IMG/VR virus record: IMGVR_UViG_3300037247_001890
Location: 96,001 to 160,000 of that record
Direction: 5' to 3' (one strand)
Length of the DNA stretch: 64,000 nt
Origin: a virus
The position numbers and the translations under genes were made by a program. Below the pieces are notes generated by a model that was not told the origin of the DNA, made no database searches, and saw only the letters and a program-made list of their open reading frames with translations. Below, in pieces: positions 1-10,281 of this stretch. Positions within the stretch are counted from its first letter, which is position 1, and each line of letters starts with the position of its first letter.

Positions 1-3000
1 TGGATTGCTATTTCTTACTATACAATAAGAGATAAAAATCTCACTGGCCTCTGTATTACTCCACGGTATGGTAATAGGTTCCCTAAATGTTGCTGAACTG
101 CTTGGAGATGAATCTATTTGCAATCCTTCAATTCTAATACATGCTTCCAAAATATTTATTACATCACTATTTGCCTCTATTCTAAATTTATTTCCAGTTT
201 GCCATGTGCCATTATGTCGATAAGATTCAGTAGGGTCAGTCCACATTTTTATGTAATTAGTAGTAGTAGATGTCCATCCGTCCAAAGTAAATGCAGTAGA
301 ATCAGCCGTCCCACCAGTACATCTACAAGTTGCAATTGAAGCTTTATATAAACCAGTAGCATCTAAATCAGCTTGCTCAGTTGATTCCCATGTATTTAAA
401 TCAGTATAATCATAGCCTGCTCCTGAATCCGGATCAATAACATGTGCTACAGAATCTGAATAGAAAGCACCGATATCAAAATTATCAGTAGTAGACGCTC
501 CTCTCGATACACCCTTGACATCATCTGTAATAGCTATATTAGAATCAGTATAAAGATTTGTCCCATACAAAAGACCACCATCATCCTTCGGGTCTAGCTC
601 ATAATTTTCAATACCAGAATCAACAAATGTAAAAGTCTGGCTTGCCCTATTTCCAGTTCCACCATGAGCAGTGGCGGTTGTATCTTCAGACGCACAATAA
701 TTTAAATCTAAAGTACCAGCAGTTTCAACAAAAGCAGTTCCAGAATTTTGATCATTACATAATATATTTTTACAATAAGTAGTTCCCGTACCAATCGCTC
801 TACGAATACCATAATAGCTTCCTATAATAGTAGTATTATGAATATACCACGATTCATCTGATTCGACTCTAATGGCAACATTTTGATTACTAGCATTTTT
901 ATGTCCATCAAAAAATAAACAATTACTAACATAAGCCTTGGAATCAAGATCCATTGATCTAAGTGAATATTGCCAATAAGAAATATTTGAATTACATTTA
1001 AATACACAATTTTTTATTTCTATTTTATTGTCACTATTTACAGTCCGAATTTCTATAAGTCCTTTTCCATTAGATACAGGAATATTACTTAATTGTATTC
1101 CATCAAACACAATATAATCCTCATCAGTAGTTAAAGCATGTGCATCTCCAGATATTCTTCTATAATAATCAGTATTCCAAATCCCTGAATGTCTATAACT
1201 TTCAGCCGGATCTGTCCAAATTTTAATATAATTTGCAGAGGATGTCGTCCATCCCTGAATTACAGTTCCAGTAGAAGTATCATCAGCCCCGCCACTCGTT
1301 GCTCTACAACAAGCAACTGAAGCTTTATATAAACCAGTGGTACCTAAATCGCCTTGTTCAGTTGATTCCCATGTATTTAAATCAGTATAGTCATAACCAG
1401 CTCCTGAATCGGGATCGACTACCTTACCATATTCTAAAGAGTGATGTGCTCCTACATCATAAAAGTCAGTCGTTGATGCTCCTCTTGAATTACTAAGAAT
1501 ATCGTCTATAATTGGATGGTTACTATCTGTATAAAGATTAGTACCTTCAAATATTGCTACTTCATCTAGATAATTAAGAAGGTATGTACTCCCTTCAAAA
1601 TCTACAGTACCCACTTTATTTGTAAAAATAGAATAATCCTCAGTTCCAGCAAATATATTATCATTCAAGGATAATTGGATATCACTATCAACTGCTGTTA
1701 CATAAGAATAAGCAGTGTCTGATGTATCTTTGACAACTGAACCAATCGGAATTGATGATAACCCTCCCCCAGAATCAATTAATTTATCAGTGGCACCTGA
1801 AGTTACAGTTCCAGTTTTCCATGTTGAACCATAAGCAGTTCTAGTATCTGCCTCTTCAACAATATTAAAACCGGTATTAGAGGTTGTTTGTCCAAAAAAA
1901 CTTCTGGTTCCAGCACCATCACATATATTATTTATAAGAGTTGAAGAAGATGTTCCACGAATAGTATATAGTCCACCTATACATGTATTATTATAAATAT
2001 AACCCGACCCATCATCCAAAATACAATAATTTGCGACAGTCCCATTTATATCATAAATAATATTATTCCCAATTTTTACAATAGCATCTGCATCAGCAAC
2101 ACTTATTCCATTTTGAGTATAAGTACCATTATTAGCACCTCTAATAATACATTTTTCAATCCTTATATCATTACTAACATCAATAATAGCAACTCGAATA
2201 ACATGATCGCTATTATCATTAATAGATGGTGTTCTTATTTGTAACCCTTTTAATCTAACATAATTTTCTCTAATATTTAAACCAGCTATACCAGCATCAG
2301 TTATTTCATATCTATAATAATTTCCAGTTAGCCACGTTCCATTATGTCTATAGCTTTCAGTAGGATCAGTCCAGATTTTTATATAATTTGCTGCCTCGGT
2401 AGTCCATCCATCAACACTTGTAACAGTTGTATCTGCTGTACCGCCCGTACATCTGCATACTGCAACAGAAGCTTTATTTAATGCTGAAACCTGTAAATCA
2501 GCTTCCTCGTTTGATTCCCAAGTATTAAGAGAAGTATAATCAAACCCTGCACCACTATCAGGATCAATAACGTTGCCATATTCAAGGGAATGATGTGCTC
2601 CTACATCAAAGTTATCCGTGTCAACAGAACCTCTTGAGTTTCCTAGTATATCATCTGTTATTGGGAGTTCAGTACCTGAGTAAAGATTAGTTCCTTTAAA
2701 AATTGCCACTGTGTCTAAATAATTAAGAGTAAAATCATTACCAGCTTCATCATTGAATACTGGGTTGCCATACATATTTTCTTTTATTGTATATGCTTCA
2801 CTCGTACTAAAATGATCATCATTAATTGATAGTTGAATATCAGAATCAATAGCAGTAACATATGTCCAATCAACACCAGCATTTACTAATGATCCAATTC
2901 TGATTGATGCTAATCCACCGCCAGAATCAATTAATTTATTTGTTGCTTGACCAGTGGTTGTTCCGGTTTTTTGATCTGCTCCAAAATTACCATCACTGGT

Positions 3001-6000
3001 AGCATCAGGATCTAAATCAGTAATATTCCAACCTGAAAGAGAATTATATGTACTTCCATAAAAATTATCCGCTCCACCAACCGATATATTATTTATAACA
3101 ATACCCCAATCACCAGTAAGGCGAAATCCCCTTGTACAATCCACCATTGTATTATTATAACATCTTACACTACCAGCATCTCCAGCATTTATTCTAACTC
3201 CATAAAAACAATCATAAGTGATGTTGTTAGAAAAATAGATTTTTTCACCCGCACTTAATGAGTCATTAAACCATGCATAGCATTCTTCTGCTCCACCACC
3301 ATCTTTAAGAATACATTTCTCAATTCTTAAATCAACTGTCCCTGTTAAAGCCATCAGCGACTGAGTAGCGGTATCTAGGGTAGTAGAAAAAGCAATACCC
3401 TCAAAACGAACATGGTCTTCTTGAATTATGACTGACTCAGCAGAACCAGTATACTCAAATCTATACTTATTTCCAGTTGGGTAAACTCCAGCATGTCTGT
3501 AGCTTTCAGTAGGATCAGTCCATATTTTTATGTAATTAGCAGATTCTGTAGTCCAACCAGCTATGCTAAAAGTATCCGTATCTGCAGTACCACCAGTACA
3601 TCTACAAGTAGCAACAGAAGCCTTATACAATCCTACTGCAGTTAAATCAGTTTCCTCGTTTGATTCCCATACATTTAATGAACTATAATCAAATCCTGCA
3701 CCTGAATCAGGATCAACTATTCTATTGTATTCTAGAGAATGATGAGCACCAATATCAAAATTATCAGTAGATGAAGACCCGCGAGAATTTCCTAGAACAT
3801 CATCTGTAACAGGAGAGTTAGCGTCTGCATAAAGATTAGTACCATGGAACATGGCTAAAGTATCTTCAGCAGTTAAAAAATAATTTCCAGGTTGAAAATC
3901 AGGAGTTCCAAAAATATTAGAGGTTACACGATAGGCTTCATTACCTGTATCAAATGCGTCAGAACTTAAAGTTAATTGAGTGTCTGAATCAACCACCGTC
4001 ACATAAGCATAACTTGAATCAGTTGTATTAGCTACAACGGAACCAACTATTGCAGCACTTAACCCACCACCAGAATCATTTAATTGATTTGCACCGTAAG
4101 AAGTTGCTGTACCAGTCGTTAAATCAGTATTAATCCCACCTAAAGAATTTGCAACTAGTGTTCCGTCTTCAATTATATTATAGCCAGTGTCGTCATTTGT
4201 TGAATCAGTTGCTCTATCAGTTTGATCTTGATATATATTATTGATTTGTATTGTAGTTCCGGCATTTCTATCAACTCCAAGATTTCCTCCAATAAGGACA
4301 TTATTATAGACATAAACCGTTCCAGATGAAGTCATATAAATACATAATGCCGATGCATGTGCAGAAATATCATAAAATATATTATTATGTATTTTAACGA
4401 CTTGATTTGTAAGACCACCACCCTCAATATCAATACCAGTTTGATAATAAGTAGAACCACCGTTTCCTCTAATTAAATTATGGGAAAATATAAACTCACC
4501 AGTATCATCAGCCTGGCTATTCATGTTGATAATATGCCTATTATCCGTAGTTTGATTTCCTAAGAGTTGTATTCCAATAACTCTAAAATGTTCAACGGTA
4601 GTGGCAAGGGTGGAAGAACCAGCAGTTCCCTCAAGCCTGTATTCGTTAGTATCCCATGAACCTCTGTGGCCATAATCTGGATCTAGCAATCCATTGACTT
4701 CAACATAATTATCAGGATCAGTAGTCCATCCATCAAAAGCCATAGTACCATCAGCGGTTCCTGCTGTAGCATAGCATTCTACAATTGCTGTTTTATACAA
4801 TCCTGTAGCAGTTAAATCAGCTTGTTCAGTCGATTCATAACTACTTAAAGAAGTGTAATCATATCCCGGGTATGAAGAATCCGTATCGACTACCTTACCA
4901 TATTCTAGACTGTGATGTGCTCCTACATCAAAGAAATCTGTAGTTGATGCTCCTCTTGAATTTCCTAATACGTCGTCAGTAACAGGAAGATCAGAGTCTG
5001 CATAAAGATTTGTTCCTTTAAATATTGCTACTTCATCAAAATAATTAAGAGTAAAATCATCGCTTTCTTCTGCATTAAAATCAACCGTACCATACATATT
5101 AGTATATACAAAATAATCTTCATTACCGGTATCAAAAATATCATCAGCTAAAGTCAATTGAGTATCTGAATCAACAACAGTTACATAAGAATAAGTTGAA
5201 TCAGTATCATTTTCTACTATACTTCCTACTTGAGCCGCAGATAAACCACCACCCGAATCATTTAATTTGTTAGCACCATAAGATGTTGCAGTTCCCGTAG
5301 CATGGGTAGAACCAAACGTCCCCAAGGCACTAGTTGTATTAATTACATTATATCCTGCTTCAGAACCAAAATTACCATCAAAATCATCAGTACAATTATT
5401 AACTATATTATTTATAGCGATAGTATCACCAGCGGAAGTATCTATTCCCGTGTAACAATTAACTATTGTATTATTATAAAAATAAGCTTTACCACTTGTA
5501 CTATCCTCACCATGCATTCCATTATTATCACCATCATCTCCTATATCATATATTATATTATTAGAAGCATAATTATTACCAGACCCCGTATTATTAGACA
5601 TGTAAATACCCGTCCCACCTCCACCAGCCGTATCATGTCTAACTATACATTTTTCAATTCTATTCTCTCTAGAAGCTCTACATCTAATATTAATAGCACT
5701 TGCTACATTTACCGCAGTAATTTGTAAACCGATTATCCGAGTATAATTTTGTTCAACGGTGACTGTATTAGAGCCTGCATTTATAGAAGTTATCCTATAC
5801 TCACTATCATCCCACTTACCGCGATGTCCATAAGAAGAATCTAATAGACAATTAACTTCAACATAATTTCCGTCCTCTGTTGTCCATCCATCTATAGTTG
5901 TTCCACTACCCTGTGAATCAATAGTACCAGATGTAGCATAACATTCAAAAACTACGTACTCGTCCGAACCAGAAGTGAGAGTTATATCACCCTGTTCAGT

Positions 6001-6084
6001 TGATTCAGCGGTAGCAAGATTATTATAATCATATCCCGGGTATGAAGAATCCGTATCAACTATAATTTGTCTTAAAGTTGCCAA
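1..6084 (-). CDS. Giant tandem-repeat virion protein (>=2028 aa, runs off the left edge); about 5.4 repeats of a ~330-390 aa beta-helix-like module; candidate tailspike/adhesin/depolymerase
   Basis: Absent from the ORF track because there is no stop in the window. TTG start at 6084 after GGGGA gives MATLRQIIVDTDSSYPGYDY. The same frame was open in the lines spot-checked (1-60, 421-480). The junction motif FD(V/I)GAHHSLEY..V(V/I)DPDSG.G(Y/F)DY recurs near 4890, 3720, 2570 and 1420, with a variant near 440. Confidence 0.85.
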   Translation of the reverse strand, partial: MATLRQIIVDTDSSYPGYDYNNLATAESTEQGDITLTSGSDEYVVFECYATSGTIDSQGSGTTIDGWTTEDGNYVEVNCLLDSSYGHRGKWDDSEYRITSINAGSNTVTVEQNYTRIIGLQITAVNVASAINIRCRASRENRIEKCIVRHDTAGGGGTGIYMSNNTGSGNNYASNNIIYDIGDDGDNNGMHGEDSTSGKAYFYNNTIVNCYTGIDTSAGDTIAINNIVNNCTDDFDGNFGSEAGYNVINTTSALGTFGSTHATGTATSYGANKLNDSGGGLSAAQVGSIVENDTDSTYSYVTVVDSDTQLTLADDIFDTGNEDYFVYTNMYGTVDFNAEESDDFTLNYFDEVAIFKGTNLYADSDLPVTDDVLGNSRGASTTDFFDVGAHHSLEYGKVVDTDSSYPGYDYTSLSSYESTEQADLTATGLYKTAIVECYATAGTADGTMAFDGWTTDPDNYVEVNGLLDPDYGHRGSWDTNEYRLEGTAGSSTLATTVEHFRVIGIQLLGNQTTDNRHIINMNSQADDTGEFIFSHNLIRGNGGSTYYQTGIDIEGGGLTNQVVKIHNNIFYDISAHASALCIYMTSSGTVYVYNNVLIGGNLGVDRNAGTTIQINNIYQDQTDRATDSTNDDTGYNIIEDGTLVANSLGGINTDLTTGTATSYGANQLNDSGGGLSAAIVGSVVANTTDSSYAYVTVVDSDTQLTLSSDAFDTGNEAYRVTSNIFGTPDFQPGNYFLTAEDTLAMFHGTNLYADANSPVTDDVLGNSRGSSSTDNFDIGAHHSLEYNRIVDPDSGAGFDYSSLNVWESNEETDLTAVGLYKASVATCRCTGGTADTDTFSIAGWTTESANYIKIWTDPTESYRHAGVYPTGNKYRFEYTGSAESVIIQEDHVRFEGIAFSTTLDTATQSLMALTGTVDLRIEKCILKDGGGAEECYAWFNDSLSAGEKIYFSNNITYDCFYGVRINAGDAGSVRCYNNTMVDCTRGFRLTGDWGIVINNISVGGADNFYGSTYNSLSGWNITDLDPDATSDGNFGADQKTGTTTGQATNKLIDSGGGLASIRIGSLVNAGVDWTYVTAIDSDIQLSINDDHFSTSEAYTIKENMYGNPVFNDEAGNDFTLNYLDTVAIFKGTNLYSGTELPITDDILGNSRGSVDTDNFDVGAHHSLEYGNVIDPDSGAGFDYTSLNTWESNEEADLQVSALNKASVAVCRCTGGTADTTVTSVDGWTTEAANYIKIWTDPTESYRHNGTWLTGNYYRYEITDAGIAGLNIRENYVRLKGLQIRTPSINDNSDHVIRVAIIDVSNDIRIEKCIIRGANNGTYTQNGISVADADAIVKIGNNIIYDINGTVANYCILDDGSGYIYNNTCIGGLYTIRGTSSSTLINNICDGAGTRSFFGQTTSNTGFNIVEEADTRTAYGSTWKTGTVTSGATDKLIDSGGGLSSIPIGSVVKDTSDTAYSYVTAVDSDIQLSLNDNIFAGTEDYSIFTNKVGTVDFEGSTYLLNYLDEVAIFEGTNLYTDSNHPIIDDILSNSRGASTTDFYDVGAHHSLEYGKVVDPDSGAGYDYTDLNTWESTEQGDLGTTGLYKASVACCRATSGGADDTSTGTVIQGWTTSSANYIKIWTDPAESYRHSGIWNTDYYRRISGDAHALTTDEDYIVFDGIQLSNIPVSNGKGLIEIRTVNSDNKIEIKNCVFKCNSNISYWQYSLRSMDLDSKAYVSNCLFFDGHKNASNQNVAIRVESDESWYIHNTTIIGSYYGIRRAIGTGTTYCKNILCNDQNSGTAFVETAGTLDLNYCASEDTTATAHGGTGNRASQTFTFVDSGIENYELDPKDDGGLLYGTNLYTDSNIAITDDVKGVSRGASTTDNFDIGAFYSDSVAHVIDPDSGAGYDYTDLNTWESTEQADLDATGLYKASIATCRCTGGTADSTAFTLDGWTSTTTNYIKMWTDPTESYRHNGTWQTGNKFRIEANSDVINILEACIRIEGLQIDSSPSSSATFREPITIPWSNTEASEIFISYCIVRNSNP

Positions 6085-6111
6085 TTACAATCCCCAATTT
6101 ATTGTAGTTGT

Positions 6112-7053
6112 TTATAGAATTTCGTCGAGTCTGTTAATTAAAAAAGCCTCAACTTGTGCTAAAGTTCTGTCTAGAACTCTATATTCAACCTGTCCTCTAA
6201 ATTGAGTTTGTTCGACATCCTTATAATGATCAACTAATATTTGAGTTCCGGTGGAAATTATATTGTCTACAGTAGCTTCAGGAATTCTGAACTGTCTACG
6301 ATACATTGTATTTTCAAGGGCATCTCTTACCTCTCCTTGAAACCATTGAAAAACATCAGTTCTATTTATAGTGAATGTAACTACATCGCCAACATCAGAA
6401 GAAATAGACCCGCCTCGATCTTCAATACGATCAAGAATTTGTTCAGGATCAAACGTAGAAAGTGAATAATCGGCTTCAATAGTATGCACACCAGTTCCTT
6501 CTACATAAGAAGTTTCGTTAAAAGAAACGTCAGTGGGAACAACACCCCAGAAGCCTTCAGATTGTAATGCCCCGGGGACCTGTGATCCATCTTCGTAAAT
6601 AGCAACATCAAAAACAACTTCATTTGTTGTAGTAGAATAAACGTCTCCATTCCACTTAGTCAAATAATTCTCTACCATTACTTGAGTAATGCCAGCAAAA
6701 TTATTGGCTCCAGGATTTGTAGTAAAAACTCTAATTCTCCAGCCATCAATTGATGTATTATTATTAACAGTAGCAAAATCAATTTTCCGATCCCAAGTCT
6801 GATTAAGATCAATTCCAGAAAAAGTAGTAGCAATCATTGCATCTACTTCTGCTACACCAGCATCTGTCACATTTATAGCACATGAATAAGGTAACCCTTC
6901 TTTAAATCCCCTGTGTACTCTGGGGGAATCAAACATACTAACCGGATATCCTTTTTTATACACACCCCTTTTATCCTTTTCAGAATCGGGGTGTGTATAA
7001 TCTACTCTTCCGCCGCTGTGAACGTTAGTTCTTATTAAAATTTCACAAGCCAT
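6112..7053 (-). CDS. Hypothetical virion-associated protein
   Basis: 313-aa ORF in the tail gene run; no recognised motif. Confidence 0.6.
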   Translation of the reverse strand: MACEILIRTNVHSGGRVDYTHPDSEKDKRGVYKKGYPVSMFDSPRVHRGFKEGLPYSCAINVTDAGVAEVDAMIATTFSGIDLNQTWDRKIDFATVNNNTSIDGWRIRVFTTNPGANNFAGITQVMVENYLTKWNGDVYSTTTNEVVFDVAIYEDGSQVPGALQSEGFWGVVPTDVSFNETSYVEGTGVHTIEADYSLSTFDPEQILDRIEDRGGSISSDVGDVVTFTINRTDVFQWFQGEVRDALENTMYRRQFRIPEATVDNIISTGTQILVDHYKDVEQTQFRGQVEYRVLDRTLAQVEAFLINRLDEIL

Positions 7054-7056
7054 CTA

Positions 7057-7515
7057 TTATGTCTCCTGTAATCTTATCTCCAGATCCTGGAGCGTTAAAT
7101 CTTGACCGTTAGACACGGTGCGGTCTGATTCCAGATCCCACCATCCTAGGACTTCACGATCGGCTACTACGCCGTCATCATCTATTAGAACAGCATATCT
7201 GGCGCCATCTCCGGAATCCGGAATACTTCCGCCGGCAGCAGACCATGTAACATCTTTAATCTGCATATCGGCGCGGTCAGATGCATCAACTTCCGTGAGA
7301 ACGTCAAAATCAGTATCGTTTGGTGTTAATTGATAGCCGCCGGTTGTGTAACCATTTCCGGCCGCTATTTCGGTTAATTGACCAAATGTATTTGTATCGG
7401 GATCAGGTGCCACTGCACTAGTAACTAATGCTACATACAAATTAGTAGGCGTACTTGCAGTTCGAAAGCACCAATCTAGGGTATTATATTTACCCTTATT
7501 TGTTAATCCAGCCAT
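7057..7515 (-). CDS. Small phage tail/fibre-associated structural protein
   Basis: LYVALVT...TEIAAGNGYTTGG pattern typical of small tail proteins found beside fibre genes; SD AAGGAG upstream. Confidence 0.6.
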   Translation of the reverse strand: MAGLTNKGKYNTLDWCFRTASTPTNLYVALVTSAVAPDPDTNTFGQLTEIAAGNGYTTGGYQLTPNDTDFDVLTEVDASDRADMQIKDVTWSAAGGSIPDSGDGARYAVLIDDDGVVADREVLGWWDLESDRTVSNGQDLTLQDLEIRLQET

Positions 7516-7572
7516 TTTTTATTGTCTCCTTATTTTTAGCTGTGTGTTTTATTTTTTAATTATGTTTATTTT

Positions 7573-8502
7573 TTAGCTTTTTGCATATAAATTGTACTTA
7601 GCTTTTTCAATTATGTCAGTATCAGATTCGCCACTAGTAAGCCGAATAACAGCTCCAACCCAAAAACAGATCTTGTCTGCTTTAGGGCAGTCAACTTCTG
7701 AAAAACTATCCTGTGTTTCGCCAACTAAGTACCAAGTACCATTAGCTGGATCTTCATTTGGATCCGGAAATTCACTGTCCGGAATCGACCCAGTAACTGG
7801 TACAGCAATGTACATAAATACTTTGTAACCTACAATATTTTTCCATTGCTCTACTGTAACAGTATCAGTACTTCCATCTGCAAACGGATGGATTGCTATA
7901 TCTACCGCTTGAGTCTTCATATCTTTCCATGACAACCGAATAATACCATTTCCTGGTATTACGGCCGGGCTTGCAAATGTACCTCCTTCCGTAGAGGAAG
8001 CGTTGTCTGCTACCAGATTAAGAACCGAAGGATATTCAGCAAGGTCATCAAATCCATTAAAATCTACAATGGTATCTTCTACAAAGACGTCTATACCAAT
8101 AACTTGATCATCGGAGTCTTGTATCGCTAGTTGCCCATCAGCGTTTTGGAAGTATGCTCTGAAATCATGTTCAATACCACTTATACTCCAAGAGACTGGA
8201 CCGAAAACAAATTTATCAGTATTGTCAAGACCATACCATTGAACATTATAAGAACCAACATTATCATATGCACTCACTGGATCTGTTACTAACCTGTGTT
8301 GAATTACAACCTCTGTAATTGCTGCTCCACTGGTAAGAATATCCACATTACTTATATCTATAATAGCATTAGAAGTTGTACCTGTTGCATTTTGTACAGC
8401 ATCTTCCAATACTTCCATTGTCATATTGGAGGCATCATTGGTGTAAGGAATTATTGCCCCAGCTTCTGGAACTCTAAACATCCCTATATAGCCATCACCC
8501 AT
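7573..8502 (-). CDS. Virion structural protein with FN3/Ig-like C-terminal domain (paralog of 10282-11424)
   Basis: Acidic and beta-rich; IRLSWKDM...VGYKVFMY...WYLVG...CFWVG aligns by eye with the C-terminus of 10282-11424. Confidence 0.55.
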   Translation of the reverse strand: MGDGYIGMFRVPEAGAIIPYTNDASNMTMEVLEDAVQNATGTTSNAIIDISNVDILTSGAAITEVVIQHRLVTDPVSAYDNVGSYNVQWYGLDNTDKFVFGPVSWSISGIEHDFRAYFQNADGQLAIQDSDDQVIGIDVFVEDTIVDFNGFDDLAEYPSVLNLVADNASSTEGGTFASPAVIPGNGIIRLSWKDMKTQAVDIAIHPFADGSTDTVTVEQWKNIVGYKVFMYIAVPVTGSIPDSEFPDPNEDPANGTWYLVGETQDSFSEVDCPKADKICFWVGAVIRLTSGESDTDIIEKAKYNLYAKS

Positions 8503-8545
8503 TTTTTATTATCTCCTTGTTAATTTTTTAATTTTGTTTTGGATC

Positions 8546-9445
8546 TTAGCTCTCATCCGAGACCTCTGCTATAATAAATAGATTAATAGTAACCGGATTA
8601 GAAACATCTAAATTAATTATGCGAATATGAAGTTCTGAAGTCCAATCTAAGTCCTCATAGTAAAAACTACTTTGTTCTCGATTTACTGCTACGGCTTTAT
8701 AACTCGTATCATATGTATTTTCCAAGTTATCATAGGCTTCAAGCCTATCTCCTGCCACTATACTTTCTACCATTGCAAATTCGTCTGGACCTGTATCTTC
8801 GTCTGTTATATACACCATCTCTTCAGTTGAAAAACCAACAGTAGAGGTGATATAAATGTTTTTTTGACCAGATCCCGAACTCTGATCCACATCAGATTCC
8901 GTCCCGCTTAATTGTAAAGTTTCAAATAATCGTTCTTTACCTTTAAACAAATTAGTACTATATAATTCTATTTTAAAAGCAGTACTACCATCTGTAGCAA
9001 TGATTCTAAAATCATGAATCAACGCTCTTGATACAAACCCAGTTATATCTTGATTATCGACTGTATCAGCAGCTACCTGAGCACATGATAAACTATATTC
9101 TTTTCTTTTTTTAACGGCTGTCATAAGAGCATTAAATGCACCCGCATTTATACGTTGTTCAACTCCAGCACCGGCATCATGTGAAGCTGCTACGCTATCA
9201 TCTGTTCCACGTGTTACAGGATTTGAACCATCCCCTAATGCTTGTGAACCAGAATCTATAAAATCATAATAAATATGTTCTGTATCAACTGAAATCCAAC
9301 CTTTTTCTGATAATTCATTGACAGAAGCTAAAGAAATAATTTGTGCTCCTGAAGTTATATCACTGGTTAAACTAGTATTCCAATTATTTTTTGCCGTATA
9401 ATAATCTTGGAAATCAGTGGAGTGCGTAAAATCTATGATGGCCAT
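8546..9445 (-). CDS. Tail/baseplate-associated structural protein
   Basis: TSLTSDITSG..IISLAS...EHIYY...TRGTDDSVAASHDAGA motif common in phage tail proteins. Confidence 0.55.
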   Translation of the reverse strand: MAIIDFTHSTDFQDYYTAKNNWNTSLTSDITSGAQIISLASVNELSEKGWISVDTEHIYYDFIDSGSQALGDGSNPVTRGTDDSVAASHDAGAGVEQRINAGAFNALMTAVKKRKEYSLSCAQVAADTVDNQDITGFVSRALIHDFRIIATDGSTAFKIELYSTNLFKGKERLFETLQLSGTESDVDQSSGSGQKNIYITSTVGFSTEEMVYITDEDTGPDEFAMVESIVAGDRLEAYDNLENTYDTSYKAVAVNREQSSFYYEDLDWTSELHIRIINLDVSNPVTINLFIIAEVSDES

Positions 9446-9454
9446 CTAGTTTTC

Positions 9455-9673
9455 CTATATTTTTGTTTTATCCCAGGGAATGATGTTATAATCTACAACA
9501 TCGCCTTTCGTTATTCTGTCCACTGCTTTATTATAAGCAGCTATTTTTGCTACATTAGCATCTTTAGCAAAGAAACCGTGAGTTAGAAAACTACGATTTT
9601 CTTTTCTAATAGTATCTATCTCCAAAGGAGATATATCAATTTCTACTTCAAATGTTACTTTAAATTTTTTCAT
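9455..9673 (-). CDS. Hypothetical protein
   Basis: 72-aa ORF tightly packed in the operon. Confidence 0.55.
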   Translation of the reverse strand: MKKFKVTFEVEIDISPLEIDTIRKENRSFLTHGFFAKDANVAKIAAYNKAVDRITKGDVVDYNIIPWDKTKI

Positions 9674-9675
9674 TT

Positions 9676-10005
9676 TTATTTATTGGTTAAGTTACTCATA
9701 GCTAAAATAATTAATGCTGAATACGCAGTTAACAACATAAAGATAATTGCAATAGTCCATTTAAGATTATTAGACAATTTTTCTTGAACTTTATCAATGA
9801 AATTGTCAAACTTTTCGCCGAGAGAGTTTATATCATTATTCTGTTGCTCGACTTTATTTTGTACAATCTTCATATCACTGCTAAATTCAATAAGACCTTT
9901 ATCTGCGTGTCTGGCTAAAATTGAAGCCTCACTAGCTATCTTGGTTGTGTCGTCCAACTTCTTCCACAGGGCATCCAGTTGTCTCTGTGTTTCTTTTTGA
10001 TCCAT
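9676..10005 (-). CDS. Coiled-coil protein with C-terminal TM helix (XhlA/holin-like)
   Basis: Heptad-rich N-terminus followed by LKWTIAIIFMLLTAYSALIILAM. Confidence 0.5.
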   Translation of the reverse strand: MDQKETQRQLDALWKKLDDTTKIASEASILARHADKGLIEFSSDMKIVQNKVEQQNNDINSLGEKFDNFIDKVQEKLSNNLKWTIAIIFMLLTAYSALIILAMSNLTNK

Positions 10006-10270
10006 TATTTACTTTATCTGATAAATCGTTCAGATCTCCTCTTAGTATAGTTACGGTGTTGATGAAAAATTGTTCTGCTTTTATTCTTTGGTCCGAAAAC
10101 TTGCTGAATTTTGATTTCAATACATTTTGATTTTGATCTAATTTATCTAAATGACTGTGAATTTCCTTCAAACTAGATTTCATATATCCAGAAGATGTTT
10201 TTAATTCCTCTATAGAGTCTTTTATTGATATTAGGACTGCAAAGCTATCTTCTTCATTTTTTTCTGTCAT
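9932..10270 (-). CDS. Coiled-coil hypothetical protein
   Basis: 112 aa with SD AAGGA upstream; overlaps the next gene by 74 nt. Confidence 0.55.
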   Translation of the reverse strand: MTEKNEEDSFAVLISIKDSIEELKTSSGYMKSSLKEIHSHLDKLDQNQNVLKSKFSKFSDQRIKAEQFFINTVTILRGDLNDLSDKVNNGSKRNTETTGCPVEEVGRHNQDS

Positions 10271-10281
10271 TTTTTTCCTTA

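Noticed and set aside
118-5727. Track ORFs 118-339, 822-1007, 1299-1496 and 5302-5727
   Set aside because: Shadow frames of the giant minus-strand gene at 1-6084.
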